DNA of 64,000 bases. Source: Bacteroidales bacterium (GTDB taxonomy: Bacteria > Bacteroidota > Bacteroidia > Bacteroidales > UBA1715). The position numbers were made by a program, and so were the translations under genes. Positions 18,753 to 27,801 of the stretch are shown one piece after another. The stretch covers positions 64,777 to 128,776 of the forward strand of contig JAGCOW010000042.1 of the NCBI GenBank assembly GCA_017642535.1, in the 5' to 3' direction. The notes under the pieces are model-generated. The model had not been told where the DNA came from. It did not search any database and saw only the letters and a program-made list of their open reading frames with translations. Positions within the stretch are counted from its first letter, which is position 1, and every line of letters begins with the position of its first letter.

Positions 18753-20194
18753 ATTTCAAACTTGTATTAAGAAATATTGGTTTTTTAATATTGTTTGAGA
18801 CAATATTGATGATTCTCTGCCTCATTCCTGGAATTTGTTATGGCGAGAGTCTTCAGGGTTTTTTGTGGTCTATCGCAATTGCGTTGACCATTGGCGTTGC
18901 AACCACTATTGTGTTTCGACACTCCAATGGTTCCATCGGTCGCAAGGAAGGTTATTTCATTGTGGGCGTGGTGTGGCTTGTGTTCTCGCTCATCGGTTCG
19001 ATGCCGTTTTTGTTTACTCATAGTCTTGACTCTTTTGTAGATGCGTTCTTTGAATCCATGTCGGGATTTACCACCACGGGAGCCACCGTTTTTGCCGACA
19101 TTGAGGTTCTGCCCAAACAAATCATTTTATGGCGAAGTTTGATGCAGTGGGTCGGAGGTATGGGAATCGTGGTGTTGACCGTTGCAATCATTCCAATGTT
19201 CGGTATGGGCGGAATGCAGCTTTATACTGCTGAGGCAAACGGTCCGGCAAAAGACAAGATTCATCCTCGCATAAAAGACACGGCGAGTCGTTTGTACATC
19301 CTTTATATTGTTTGCACATTGCTCGAAGTGGTGTTGCTTCTTTTGGGTGGGAACTCACTGTATGAGTCAATCATTTTAGCATTGTCAACTATTTCGTCGG
19401 GCGGATTTTCGAGTCAGAACGACAGTGTGGCCAGTATGAGCCCCTACACGCAATATGTGGTAATGCTCTTTATGTTCATTTCGGGAGTAAACTTTGTGGT
19501 GTTGTATATGGCAGTTCATGGCAAATTCCGTATTGTAGCGAAAGACGAGGAACTGCGAAATTATATTCTCATTATTGTTTGCGTTTCGATTATCATTGCG
19601 GTGATAAATTTGTGGAAAGAGGGGAGGTTTGATGATGTGGAGCTAAGCATCAGAACAATTATATTTCAAGTGATTGCATTCACTACCACTACAGGATTCA
19701 CCACCACCGACTACGCCACGATGCCGAGTGCGTCGATGATGTTTTTCTTCATTCTCACATTTTTCGGAGCATGTGCTGGTTCCACAAGTGGTTCCATTAA
19801 AACAGTGAGGATTACTATTTTGCTGAAAAACAGTTATTTGGCACTGAAACAAATCATTCACCCGAATGCAATCCTAACGCTTCGGATGAGCAAAAAAACA
19901 GTTGATAAGAAGATCATTTCCAACGTATATGCGTTTATCGTTATGTACATATTGATATTCCTCCTTGGGGCGTTGGCACTTACATTCTTCGGTCACGATT
20001 TCTACACGGCGTTTTCGGCGTCGGCATTGTCGATTTCCAACGTCGGCATTGGGTTCTGTTCGTCGGGAATGTTGCTGGAATTTAGTTCGTTCCCCGCAGC
20101 GTCAAAAATTCTTATGACCGCACTGATGCTGATAGGTCGTTTGGAAATATTCACCATACTCCTTTTATTCATGCCTGCTTTTTGGAAAAGATAA
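18749..20194 (+). CDS. trkH: Trk potassium uptake system protein TrkH
   Basis: A polytopic membrane protein with repeated SGFTTTG / TTTGFTTTD selectivity-filter-like motifs. Confidence 0.9.
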   Translation: MNFKLVLRNIGFLILFETILMILCLIPGICYGESLQGFLWSIAIALTIGVATTIVFRHSNGSIGRKEGYFIVGVVWLVFSLIGSMPFLFTHSLDSFVDAFFESMSGFTTTGATVFADIEVLPKQIILWRSLMQWVGGMGIVVLTVAIIPMFGMGGMQLYTAEANGPAKDKIHPRIKDTASRLYILYIVCTLLEVVLLLLGGNSLYESIILALSTISSGGFSSQNDSVASMSPYTQYVVMLFMFISGVNFVVLYMAVHGKFRIVAKDEELRNYILIIVCVSIIIAVINLWKEGRFDDVELSIRTIIFQVIAFTTTTGFTTTDYATMPSASMMFFFILTFFGACAGSTSGSIKTVRITILLKNSYLALKQIIHPNAILTLRMSKKTVDKKIISNVYAFIVMYILIFLLGALALTFFGHDFYTAFSASALSISNVGIGFCSSGMLLEFSSFPAASKILMTALMLIGRLEIFTILLLFMPAFWKR

Positions 20195-21507
20195 TGAACA
20201 CACAATTATTCGCCGTTACGGGAAATCCGATTCTTCACAGCAAAAGTCCCAATATGTTTAATACACAGTTTCAGCACGACGGGAGGAATGCTGAATACTT
20301 GTATCTTATGGCAGAGACAGCCGAGGAAGCAATCTTTCTTTTTCGCGAATTGGGACTTCGGGGAATGAACGTAACGGCGCCGTTCAAGGAAAAAATTGGT
20401 GCGTTGCTTTCGGTGGTTCACGATGAGGCAAAAATTTTAGGCTGTGTGAATACCGTGGTGAACGAAAATGGCGAACTTCATGGCTATAATACTGATTTCT
20501 ATGGCGTTGTGCAAAGTTTTATCGATGCGGGAATTTCCTTACAAGGTAAACAATGCGTGGTGATTGGTGCAGGAGGTGCCGGTAAGGCCGCCGCATACGG
20601 ACTTTACACGCACGGAGCACAGGTTACAATCGTAAATCGTACGCTTGAAAAGGCAGAAAAAACGGCACAACTCATTGGCTGTAAATTCGCACCAATAGGA
20701 CAATTACAACAGTTGATGGAACATTGTGATATTCTCATTTCTGCGTTACAACAAAATGTTAATCCTGTCAGTGAAGAGTGGCTCACACCAAACCATATTG
20801 TTTTTGATGCCAATTACAAAGGTTCTCCGCTGATTGAGATGGCAAGGAGAAAACACTGTACCATAGTTTCGGCAGAAGACTGGCTACTCAACCAGGCCCT
20901 TGCCTCGTACAAGTTGTTTCTTGGCGAATCGCCCGACAAATCAGTGATGAAATCGGGACTTGCTAAGCCCACGCTTGCCGATAAGAAACATATCATTTCC
21001 ACTATCGGCATTATGGGTGCTGGGAAAACAACTCACGGAAAAAATCTTGCCGATGCGCTCAAATACGACTTCAAAGATATTGATGATGAGATAGTTGCAA
21101 AAGAGGGAAGGTCAATTCCTGACATTTTTGCACAAGATGGCGAGGCATATTTCCGTAACGTGGAAAAAGAAACCTTGTCGAACATTTTTGTTGCCGACAA
21201 TCCTTGTGTGATTTCATGTGGTGGTGGAATTATTCTTAATGAGCCGAATCGTAATCTTCTGAAAGATAATTCGTTAGTGCTTTGGTTTTACGCCACACCA
21301 CAATCAATCATCCAACGGATAACAATCTCAAAACGACCATTGTTGCAGTGCGACAACCCGCTTGGCAAACTGGAACAACTTCTTTCAGACAGAAAAGAAT
21401 TATACGCCCACACGGCGAATGTGGTTTTCTCGACAGAATCAACCTCACGCGAGCACGTTGTGGAGCGTTTACAAGATGAAATAGAACGAATATGGAAAAC
21501 AAAATAA
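20194..21507 (+). CDS. aroE/aroK: fused shikimate dehydrogenase / shikimate kinase
   Basis: The N-terminal part carries FAVTGNPILHSKSPNMFN...NVTAPFKE...GYNTD...VIGAGGAGKA (AroE). The C-terminal part carries IGIMGAGKTTHGKNLA...DIDDEI...ISCGGG (AroK). The track start at 20182 is TTG. The ATG at 20194 overlaps the trkH stop as TAATG. Confidence 0.85.
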   Translation: MNTQLFAVTGNPILHSKSPNMFNTQFQHDGRNAEYLYLMAETAEEAIFLFRELGLRGMNVTAPFKEKIGALLSVVHDEAKILGCVNTVVNENGELHGYNTDFYGVVQSFIDAGISLQGKQCVVIGAGGAGKAAAYGLYTHGAQVTIVNRTLEKAEKTAQLIGCKFAPIGQLQQLMEHCDILISALQQNVNPVSEEWLTPNHIVFDANYKGSPLIEMARRKHCTIVSAEDWLLNQALASYKLFLGESPDKSVMKSGLAKPTLADKKHIISTIGIMGAGKTTHGKNLADALKYDFKDIDDEIVAKEGRSIPDIFAQDGEAYFRNVEKETLSNIFVADNPCVISCGGGIILNEPNRNLLKDNSLVLWFYATPQSIIQRITISKRPLLQCDNPLGKLEQLLSDRKELYAHTANVVFSTESTSREHVVERLQDEIERIWKTK

Positions 21508-22739
21508 TATCACCGAGTACGGTGCGTGGCACCATAAAACCACCAGCATCGAAAAGCGTTATGCAACGCGCCATAGCCATTAGTGCCTTGGCACAGGGAA
21601 CGTCGCATTTGTTTGGCTACTCGTCAAGCAACGATAGCGACGCGGCGTTGAGAATAGCAGAAAATCTTGGCGCAACCGTTTCCGTTGATGGTGAGCAAGT
21701 TATCATAACTGGTGGACTCAAACCTAAGACGCTTACGCTGAATTGCGGTGAAGCTGGTTTGGGCATACGAATGTTTACCCCGATTGCCTCGCTGTGGCAC
21801 GAGGCCATTACCTTGCAAGGCGAGGGCTCGTTGAAAAAACGTCCTGTTGACGTGTTGGAAGCGCCATTACGGCAGTTGGGCGTGCAAATTTCGACAAACA
21901 ACGGATTTGTTCCCGTGCAAGTGTGCGGTCCTATGCTTGGAGGCTATGCCAATGTTGACGGCTCGCTGAGTTCCCAGATATTGACAGGACTTTTGATAGC
22001 CGCTCCATACGCACGAAAAGACGTGATTTTGTGCGTAAAGGACTTGAAAAGCAAGCCGTACATTGACATTACGCTCGATATGATGAAGAAATTCGGCGTA
22101 TCGGTTGGCCGACACGACTACGATTCTTTTGTAATTCCCGCCGAACAAACCTATAAGGCACAAGATTTCCGCGTGGAAGGTGATTGGAGCGGAGCCGCGT
22201 TTTTGCTTGTTGCCGCCGCGTTGAATGGCGACGTTACGGTTGAAAACATTTCTATGGATTCCTGTCAAGCCGACAAAGCCATTGTTGACGCTTTGCAAAA
22301 AGCTGGTGCAAAGGTTGCTATTAATGAAAACTCTATTTCTGTCTCACACTCAAAATTGCAAGCATTCTCGTTCGACGCCACGGAATGTCCCGACTTGTTC
22401 CCGCCACTTGTTTCGCTTGCCGCACATTGCGACGGAATGACAACGATTCAGGGCGTGTCGCGACTTGCCCACAAGGAAAGCAACAGAGCTCTGGTGTTGC
22501 AGACGGAATTTGCGAAATTAGGCACGAAAATCGACCTCGACGGCGATACTATGATTATTTACGGAGGCACGCTGCAAGGTGGAAAAATGCATGCCAACAA
22601 CGACCATCGTATTGCTATGGCTGGTGCCGTTGCTGCTCTGCTTGCAAAATCTTCAGTAGAAGTTGAAAATCCTGAATGTGTGGCAAAATCCTATCCCGAA
22701 TTTTGGGATGATTTGGAAAAATTGACAGTTGAGAAATAA
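21492..22739 (+). CDS. aroA: 3-phosphoshikimate 1-carboxyvinyltransferase (EPSP synthase)
   Basis: GTIKPPASKSVMQRAIAISAL...LNCGEAGLGIRM...NDHRIAMA. It overlaps the previous gene by 16 nt. Confidence 0.9.
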   Translation: MENKIISPSTVRGTIKPPASKSVMQRAIAISALAQGTSHLFGYSSSNDSDAALRIAENLGATVSVDGEQVIITGGLKPKTLTLNCGEAGLGIRMFTPIASLWHEAITLQGEGSLKKRPVDVLEAPLRQLGVQISTNNGFVPVQVCGPMLGGYANVDGSLSSQILTGLLIAAPYARKDVILCVKDLKSKPYIDITLDMMKKFGVSVGRHDYDSFVIPAEQTYKAQDFRVEGDWSGAAFLLVAAALNGDVTVENISMDSCQADKAIVDALQKAGAKVAINENSISVSHSKLQAFSFDATECPDLFPPLVSLAAHCDGMTTIQGVSRLAHKESNRALVLQTEFAKLGTKIDLDGDTMIIYGGTLQGGKMHANNDHRIAMAGAVAALLAKSSVEVENPECVAKSYPEFWDDLEKLTVEK

Positions 22740-22744
22740 CATCA

Positions 22745-23776
22745 CTATTTACTGTGTTGTATATACACTTCGTCAAAATTGAGGATGAACAATTTATTTG
22801 TGTGTAATCCTTTCACATACGGTCGAACAAGATTGTACAATACTCCGTTGTAATTCAAGAAATTAGGAACGCGCGATTCTGAAATTTCATAATCAATATC
22901 TTCGGGGATTTGTTTTAGTATGCGAGAGATTTCGTTTCCCGAAATGAGTAAAAGAGCGTCGGCTTTCCCTTGAATGAACAACTCTGATGCTTCTTGCAAG
23001 GAATTGGTACGTATAAATCGCAATGTGTCCAAATATGGCAGATGATTTCGTTTTTTGTCTCGCATAAAGAAATTCTTGCTTCGCGTGAACAAAAACTGAG
23101 AGGAATCTGCCTGATAGTGAAACGGTCCAACGCCGATAGTTGATTTTGTACCGTACATATCGACTGCTTCGTAGGGAATAATGGCAGCAGCTGGATGTGC
23201 CAAATTCTGAATGAACGTGGGCGATGGTCGGCTCAAAGTCACTTTGAGAGTATGTTCATCAATAACCTTTATACCTTCTATGCGACTTGTATCTCGTTGA
23301 GCATCAGTCATTGAGAAATATTTCATAGCACCTTGGATGTGATACACTGTATTGGTGAAATTTTCTACTCCAAATTTGGGATTTGCCAAGAGATGAAAGG
23401 TATATTTTACATCGTATGCCGTCACATTTCTTGTTTCTTGGGCATTGTTGAAACATTCGTCTTTTTGAAATTGCGCCGTCGTATCTAAATGAAACACATA
23501 CACTAAGCCAGTATTGTCAACGTCCCACGATTCGCAAATCGCATTCTCAACAGATAAGGTCACTGGATTATACTGAAACAGTCCAGTGTAGAAAATGCTT
23601 GCCAAACTTTTTTCCAATTCGCCATTCAAATTGGGTGCAAAAATGTAGGGGTCGAAGTTCACGTCGTAAATGGGAATGGTAAGCGTACCGCCGTATTTCT
23701 CGTTTTGTCCCTCTTTTTGCGAAGCACACGAGCTCAAAAGTACAAGAGCCATCATCACCGACAGAAGATTCTTCAT
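22745..23776 (-). CDS. solute-binding-protein family 5-like lipoprotein (short form)
   Basis: The internal ATG gives MKNLLSVMMALVLLSSCASQ, which contains a lipobox. GGTLTIPIYD...FQYNP...ESWDV resembles the N-terminus of peptide/nickel SBPs. No ABC permease genes are nearby. Confidence 0.6.
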   Translation of the reverse strand: MKNLLSVMMALVLLSSCASQKEGQNEKYGGTLTIPIYDVNFDPYIFAPNLNGELEKSLASIFYTGLFQYNPVTLSVENAICESWDVDNTGLVYVFHLDTTAQFQKDECFNNAQETRNVTAYDVKYTFHLLANPKFGVENFTNTVYHIQGAMKYFSMTDAQRDTSRIEGIKVIDEHTLKVTLSRPSPTFIQNLAHPAAAIIPYEAVDMYGTKSTIGVGPFHYQADSSQFLFTRSKNFFMRDKKRNHLPYLDTLRFIRTNSLQEASELFIQGKADALLLISGNEISRILKQIPEDIDYEISESRVPNFLNYNGVLYNLVRPYVKGLHTNKLFILNFDEVYIQHSK

Positions 23777-23777
23777 A

Positions 23778-24215
23778 TCAAATTTTGTCAAAAAGAGCTT
23801 TGAGTATGTTATTTTGCTGACGAGTAAGTTTTTGGGTGTCAATTCGTTGTACAAATATCATATTTTCGTTTTCTGCCATTTTTTTTTGACAGTCAGCCAA
23901 CAATCCGTCGTTGGGGAGTACTATTTTTACAAAGAAATTGATGTTCTTCATAAAATCAACCAATGGGGCTCCATATCCTTGATTATCGATTACGGCAACT
24001 TTCAGCTTTCGCACATCGTCACTCGAAGAAAAATAACTAAGCGAGAGCAGCTTTTTGTTTAACAGTAACTCATACGGCTTCTGTGCCTGTAAGTCAATCG
24101 TTAACAATTGATTAAGCAGAGAATAAAATTGAAATTCGTCGCAAGTGGTTGTTACGGCAAAGAGTTCATATTTTTCTATGGGAATTTCTTTTTCTATTTG
24201 ATTTATCTTCGCCAT
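23778..24215 (-). CDS. hypothetical protein (145 aa)
   Basis: ORF only. It is tightly coupled to the flanking genes: a 1-nt overlap upstream and a 1-nt gap downstream. Confidence 0.5.
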   Translation of the reverse strand: MAKINQIEKEIPIEKYELFAVTTTCDEFQFYSLLNQLLTIDLQAQKPYELLLNKKLLSLSYFSSSDDVRKLKVAVIDNQGYGAPLVDFMKNINFFVKIVLPNDGLLADCQKKMAENENMIFVQRIDTQKLTRQQNNILKALFDKI

Positions 24216-24943
24216 TATTTAAAATCTTTCAAGAAAAACAACAAACTGAGCCAAAAATCTTCGCTTGTTTCGGAATTCCACCAAAGGGCTCGGGCACCAT
24301 GCATTCCTCCTGAACTTTCAGGACGAAACAGCACACTTTTGGAACTTGTAATTCCCTCTGCCAATTGTGAGACATAAGTGTATTCATTTCGTGGGCAAGC
24401 AATATATGAAGGTGTTTCCAGCCCTTGTATGTATTGCGCTATACTAAAATCGCCGAAAAATTCTCCCGGGCTATATGCAATAACTGCTTGAATATCATTT
24501 CTGTCCTTGGCGACTTTGAGGCATAATGATGCCGAAAACGAGCTTCCCATAAGAAAAATTTTAGCTGTGGAATCCATTGTATAAACGTATTCTATTGCAG
24601 CAAGAATATCTTTTTCACAATCCATCATAGAGATAGTATTTCCGTTCAAACGAGCACGCATAGCCGTTTCGTTGTTTACGTAATGCACTTCGTTGCCGTA
24701 ACGGAGGTCAACGGCGATACAATTTATGTCAAGTTTTATAATACGAGATGCTATTGGTGTAAATTCTCCTCGGCTATAGTCGGCTTGGTGAAACATCAGC
24801 ATATATTTGTTCGATTCGGCATATGTTTCATAAAAATCTGCAGTAACTTCCAAATCGTCAGATGTCTTGAACGTCAGCACACGCTGACCGTATGCTATGA
24901 AGCATACAAGAAATAGGAAAAATACACTTATGAATTTTCGCAT
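24215..24943 (-). CDS. secreted alpha/beta hydrolase-fold protein
   Basis: The first ATG gives MRKFISVFFLFLVCFIAYGQ, a signal peptide. FLMGSSFSASL is a nucleophile-elbow-like motif. The overall pattern is dienelactone-hydrolase-like. Confidence 0.6.
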   Translation of the reverse strand: MRKFISVFFLFLVCFIAYGQRVLTFKTSDDLEVTADFYETYAESNKYMLMFHQADYSRGEFTPIASRIIKLDINCIAVDLRYGNEVHYVNNETAMRARLNGNTISMMDCEKDILAAIEYVYTMDSTAKIFLMGSSFSASLCLKVAKDRNDIQAVIAYSPGEFFGDFSIAQYIQGLETPSYIACPRNEYTYVSQLAEGITSSKSVLFRPESSGGMHGARALWWNSETSEDFWLSLLFFLKDFK

Positions 24944-25046
24944 TCTATTCACAATATCGTATCTCAAAAAAACAACCCTTTACAAAGATGAGATTTTTTT
25001 GATAAATTTTTGTCTTTTGAAGAAAAAAAATCGACGAAGGGAGTAT

Positions 25047-25081
25047 AAAACAAAAAGAAGCACGCCAATCGACGTGCTTCT
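25047..25081 (-). terminator. rho-independent terminator of the imelysin gene
   Basis: The minus strand reads agaagcacg-tcgattgg-cgtgcttct followed by tttgtttt. Confidence 0.7.
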
Positions 25082-25106
25082 CTCATTATAAAATATGGCG
25101 TAATTC

Positions 25107-26258
25107 CTATTCAACGGTTCTTGGTAGTCCGTCTTTGAACAACAAGAATTCCAATGTGTGAAAACCTCGTACGCTTTGTGCAGCTTCGATTGCCTCGTCA
25201 GAGTCGCCGTCGCTCCAATTCATTTCGTTGAAGTTACCGGATTCAAGGATTTTCACAATGGCTTCTTGGTCAAGTGGCCATGAATCCATGTTGGGGTCAA
25301 GACCAAGTTCGTCAACAGGACCGAACAAAAATGCTTCGCTCATTTCCCATGGCTCGCGGGCTTCCAACCATGCATTACAAGCTTTGCTGAAGTTTGCGCT
25401 GGTACGGTCGTTATTCAATGCTGTTACAGCTGCCTGAAGTGCCGTTGCTTTTTGTTGTAAGTCGCTGTAGGTTGGCAATACCACGGCATCAACGTAGTTC
25501 GTCACTATTGGATCGAGCACTTCATCAGTATTGATTGATGCCTCGTTTTGAATGTACGACTCAAGTTCGGCAAGAACTGCGTCCAATTCGGCACAAGCGT
25601 CCATTGCATTGCTACTCTCAGTACTGTTGATGTTGTTGCGGAACGGCTGCGGAATTGCTTGAATCGCGTCGGCTGCACCAGAAATGGCGTCAACAACTTT
25701 TTTGTGCAATTCGGCGTTTTTACCCGAAATCAAGTTGTAGAGCGAGTTCTCTGCAACTTTTCCGTCGCGTGTTCCGTAGTAAGAATTGCGGATGGAATAA
25801 ATGTTGTTGGTATAGTCGTCGCGTGAATGCCAGCTATACCACGATTCTACGGCATACAACGCCTCGGTTGTCTTTCCCGACTGATACAAATCGTACGGGT
25901 CACCGATTTTTGCCGTTCCTACTTCGCTGGCAATGTCGCAGCAACCTTCAAGAATTTGTTCCACGCAGTTCAATGCACTGGTATAAGTGGCTTTATGCGA
26001 TTTGAACGTTGAGGCAAACGCATCACCGTCGTTGTACGAGGTTGCCCACGATTCGTACAAGGAAGTTGCGTCGGACTTCAGCAATGAAGCCGCGTTATTC
26101 ATGTAATTATGCCAACTATTCGCGTTCTTCGACGAATATTCAATGTTGGCTGCTTCGACAACCTCTTCTTTTTTGTTGTCGTTTTTTTTGTCACACGATG
26201 CCGTTGCCAATACAGCCACAGCACCCAAGATTAGAACTTTTAATTTACTCTGTTTCAT
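25107..26258 (-). CDS. imelysin-family (peptidase M75 / IrpA-like) lipoprotein
   Basis: MKQSKLKVLILGAVAVLATASCDKK contains a lipobox. ...ESWYSWHSRDD... and GFHTLEFLLF (HxxE motif) are also present. Confidence 0.75.
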   Translation of the reverse strand: MKQSKLKVLILGAVAVLATASCDKKNDNKKEEVVEAANIEYSSKNANSWHNYMNNAASLLKSDATSLYESWATSYNDGDAFASTFKSHKATYTSALNCVEQILEGCCDIASEVGTAKIGDPYDLYQSGKTTEALYAVESWYSWHSRDDYTNNIYSIRNSYYGTRDGKVAENSLYNLISGKNAELHKKVVDAISGAADAIQAIPQPFRNNINSTESSNAMDACAELDAVLAELESYIQNEASINTDEVLDPIVTNYVDAVVLPTYSDLQQKATALQAAVTALNNDRTSANFSKACNAWLEAREPWEMSEAFLFGPVDELGLDPNMDSWPLDQEAIVKILESGNFNEMNWSDGDSDEAIEAAQSVRGFHTLEFLLFKDGLPRTVE

Positions 26259-26300
26259 ATCTATTTTTTTTTGTTGCAAAGGAATAGTAAGCAAGAAATG

Positions 26301-26334
26301 TGTACAATCCCTAAAAGTTGGGATTTGTAAAGGG
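26301..26334 (-). promoter_or_regulatory. AATCCC-N8-GGGATT motif, copy 1 (upstream of imelysin gene)
   Basis: tgtacaatccctaaaagttgggatttgtaaaggg. The arms are at 26306-26311 and 26320-26325. Confidence 0.6.
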
Positions 26335-26341
26335 TAACCCC

Positions 26342-27700
26342 CTATTTTTTATAAAACCAATCCACATACGCCAAGCCAACGGCAAATTCATTTTCGCTGT
26401 TGTATTGTCCCGTACCGAATACGTCATTTGTACCGATTTGACGAGTGGTATAGTCGGCTTTCACAACCAAATTTGGCAGAATGTTCCAATTCAGTCCGAA
26501 TGTCCATTTGCTTACTTGACACCGGGCGTCCATTGTCTGGGAACCTTCGCCTTCCTCTTGAGGATTGTAGTATTCGTAACGTGCGAATGGCGTAATGACA
26601 GGCACGTTTTCGTTGTTGAAGAATTCATTCACGTGAATTCCACATTCAGCCCCGTAAGCAACGGCTTTCTTTGCAACAGCACCTGTTCGGGAATATGGCG
26701 ACTTGTTCGACAATTTGGCATTTTTCCCCGTAATAGCTTCGGAACCGTTCAAATTGCCCATCAGTACGTTTGCTCGGGCAACCACAAATTTGCTTTTTAA
26801 TTGTGCGTCGGCACTCCAAATCAGCAATGACGTGTTGTCAATGGCAGAATACGTCTGTTCCTTGTCGGAATTGGAGCCAGTGCTGTTACAATAATAGATG
26901 CTTCCGCCTATTCGTAAGTTATTGATACCTTTATAATTAATTCGTGCAACGTATGCTGGTGAGTTAAAATTGTCTTCTTCAAAAAGTCCTTGTTTTCCTC
27001 CTGCCACCCACGAATTTCGGTCGAAACCGTTGGCATTCAATCCGGCAACTATCATCGCTTCATAATCGAGGAAGGGACATTCACCAAAAAAAGAAATCCC
27101 TGTTTCGTGCCATGTGGATGGAAGAAGGGTTGTTTCGCCTTCGGGGCGTGATGTTCCGAGGAAGTTTATCGGTTCGTGGCTATAATTCGTCAGCCCTACG
27201 GGAACAATTATGTGACCAGCACGTACATTGAACGCTGGTACAATATAACGAGTAACGTGGAATTGTTCCAACGCAACTTCGCCGCCTTTTTCAATCTCAG
27301 TTTCATATTCGCCGTTCTCGGAATTTTCCAACTCAACGGCTTGTCCCGTGCCGCCAGCTTCAAATTCTATTTCGGAGCCGAGTTCCCATTTATCGTTGAA
27401 TTTATAATCAAACGCAAGTACAAAACGGGGGATGGAAACTGAACTTCGGGTTGTCTTGGAATTACCGTCTTTTCCTCCATAGAAACGGTTTATGCCATAA
27501 TCCATACGTTTTGCTAGCATTTCTCCATAACCGCCGAAACGGAACGATTCAAATTCATCGTTATTTGATTTCTTTTTGACTGACTCTTTTTTCACTGTGT
27601 CGGCAACGGGCTTCGTCGCCCCGCTATATGCATCCACTTGTGCCGTAGCCGAAATGGTTATGCAACAGAGTATGCAAAGTTGAATAATACCTCTATTCAT
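26342..27700 (-). CDS. putative outer-membrane porin (porin O/P-like)
   Basis: The signal peptide is MNRGIIQLCILCCITISATAQ. A beta-strand-like alternating pattern is present, and the C-terminal region FGLNWNILPNLVVKADY resembles phosphate-selective porin family tails. Confidence 0.6.
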   Translation of the reverse strand: MNRGIIQLCILCCITISATAQVDAYSGATKPVADTVKKESVKKKSNNDEFESFRFGGYGEMLAKRMDYGINRFYGGKDGNSKTTRSSVSIPRFVLAFDYKFNDKWELGSEIEFEAGGTGQAVELENSENGEYETEIEKGGEVALEQFHVTRYIVPAFNVRAGHIIVPVGLTNYSHEPINFLGTSRPEGETTLLPSTWHETGISFFGECPFLDYEAMIVAGLNANGFDRNSWVAGGKQGLFEEDNFNSPAYVARINYKGINNLRIGGSIYYCNSTGSNSDKEQTYSAIDNTSLLIWSADAQLKSKFVVARANVLMGNLNGSEAITGKNAKLSNKSPYSRTGAVAKKAVAYGAECGIHVNEFFNNENVPVITPFARYEYYNPQEEGEGSQTMDARCQVSKWTFGLNWNILPNLVVKADYTTRQIGTNDVFGTGQYNSENEFAVGLAYVDWFYKK

Positions 27701-27740
27701 ATTCTTTTTTTTGTGGCAAAGGAATATGAATCAATAAAAA

Positions 27741-27774
27741 TGTACAATCCCTAAAAATGGCGATTTATAAGTGT
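27741..27774 (-). promoter_or_regulatory. AATCCC-N8-GGGATT motif, copy 2 (upstream of porin-like gene)
   Basis: tgtacaatccctaaaaatggcgatttataagtgt. The arms are at 27746-27751 and 27760-27765, with one mismatch. Confidence 0.6.
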
Positions 27775-27801
27775 CGTGCTCATAAATCTGAAGCAATTGT
27801 T

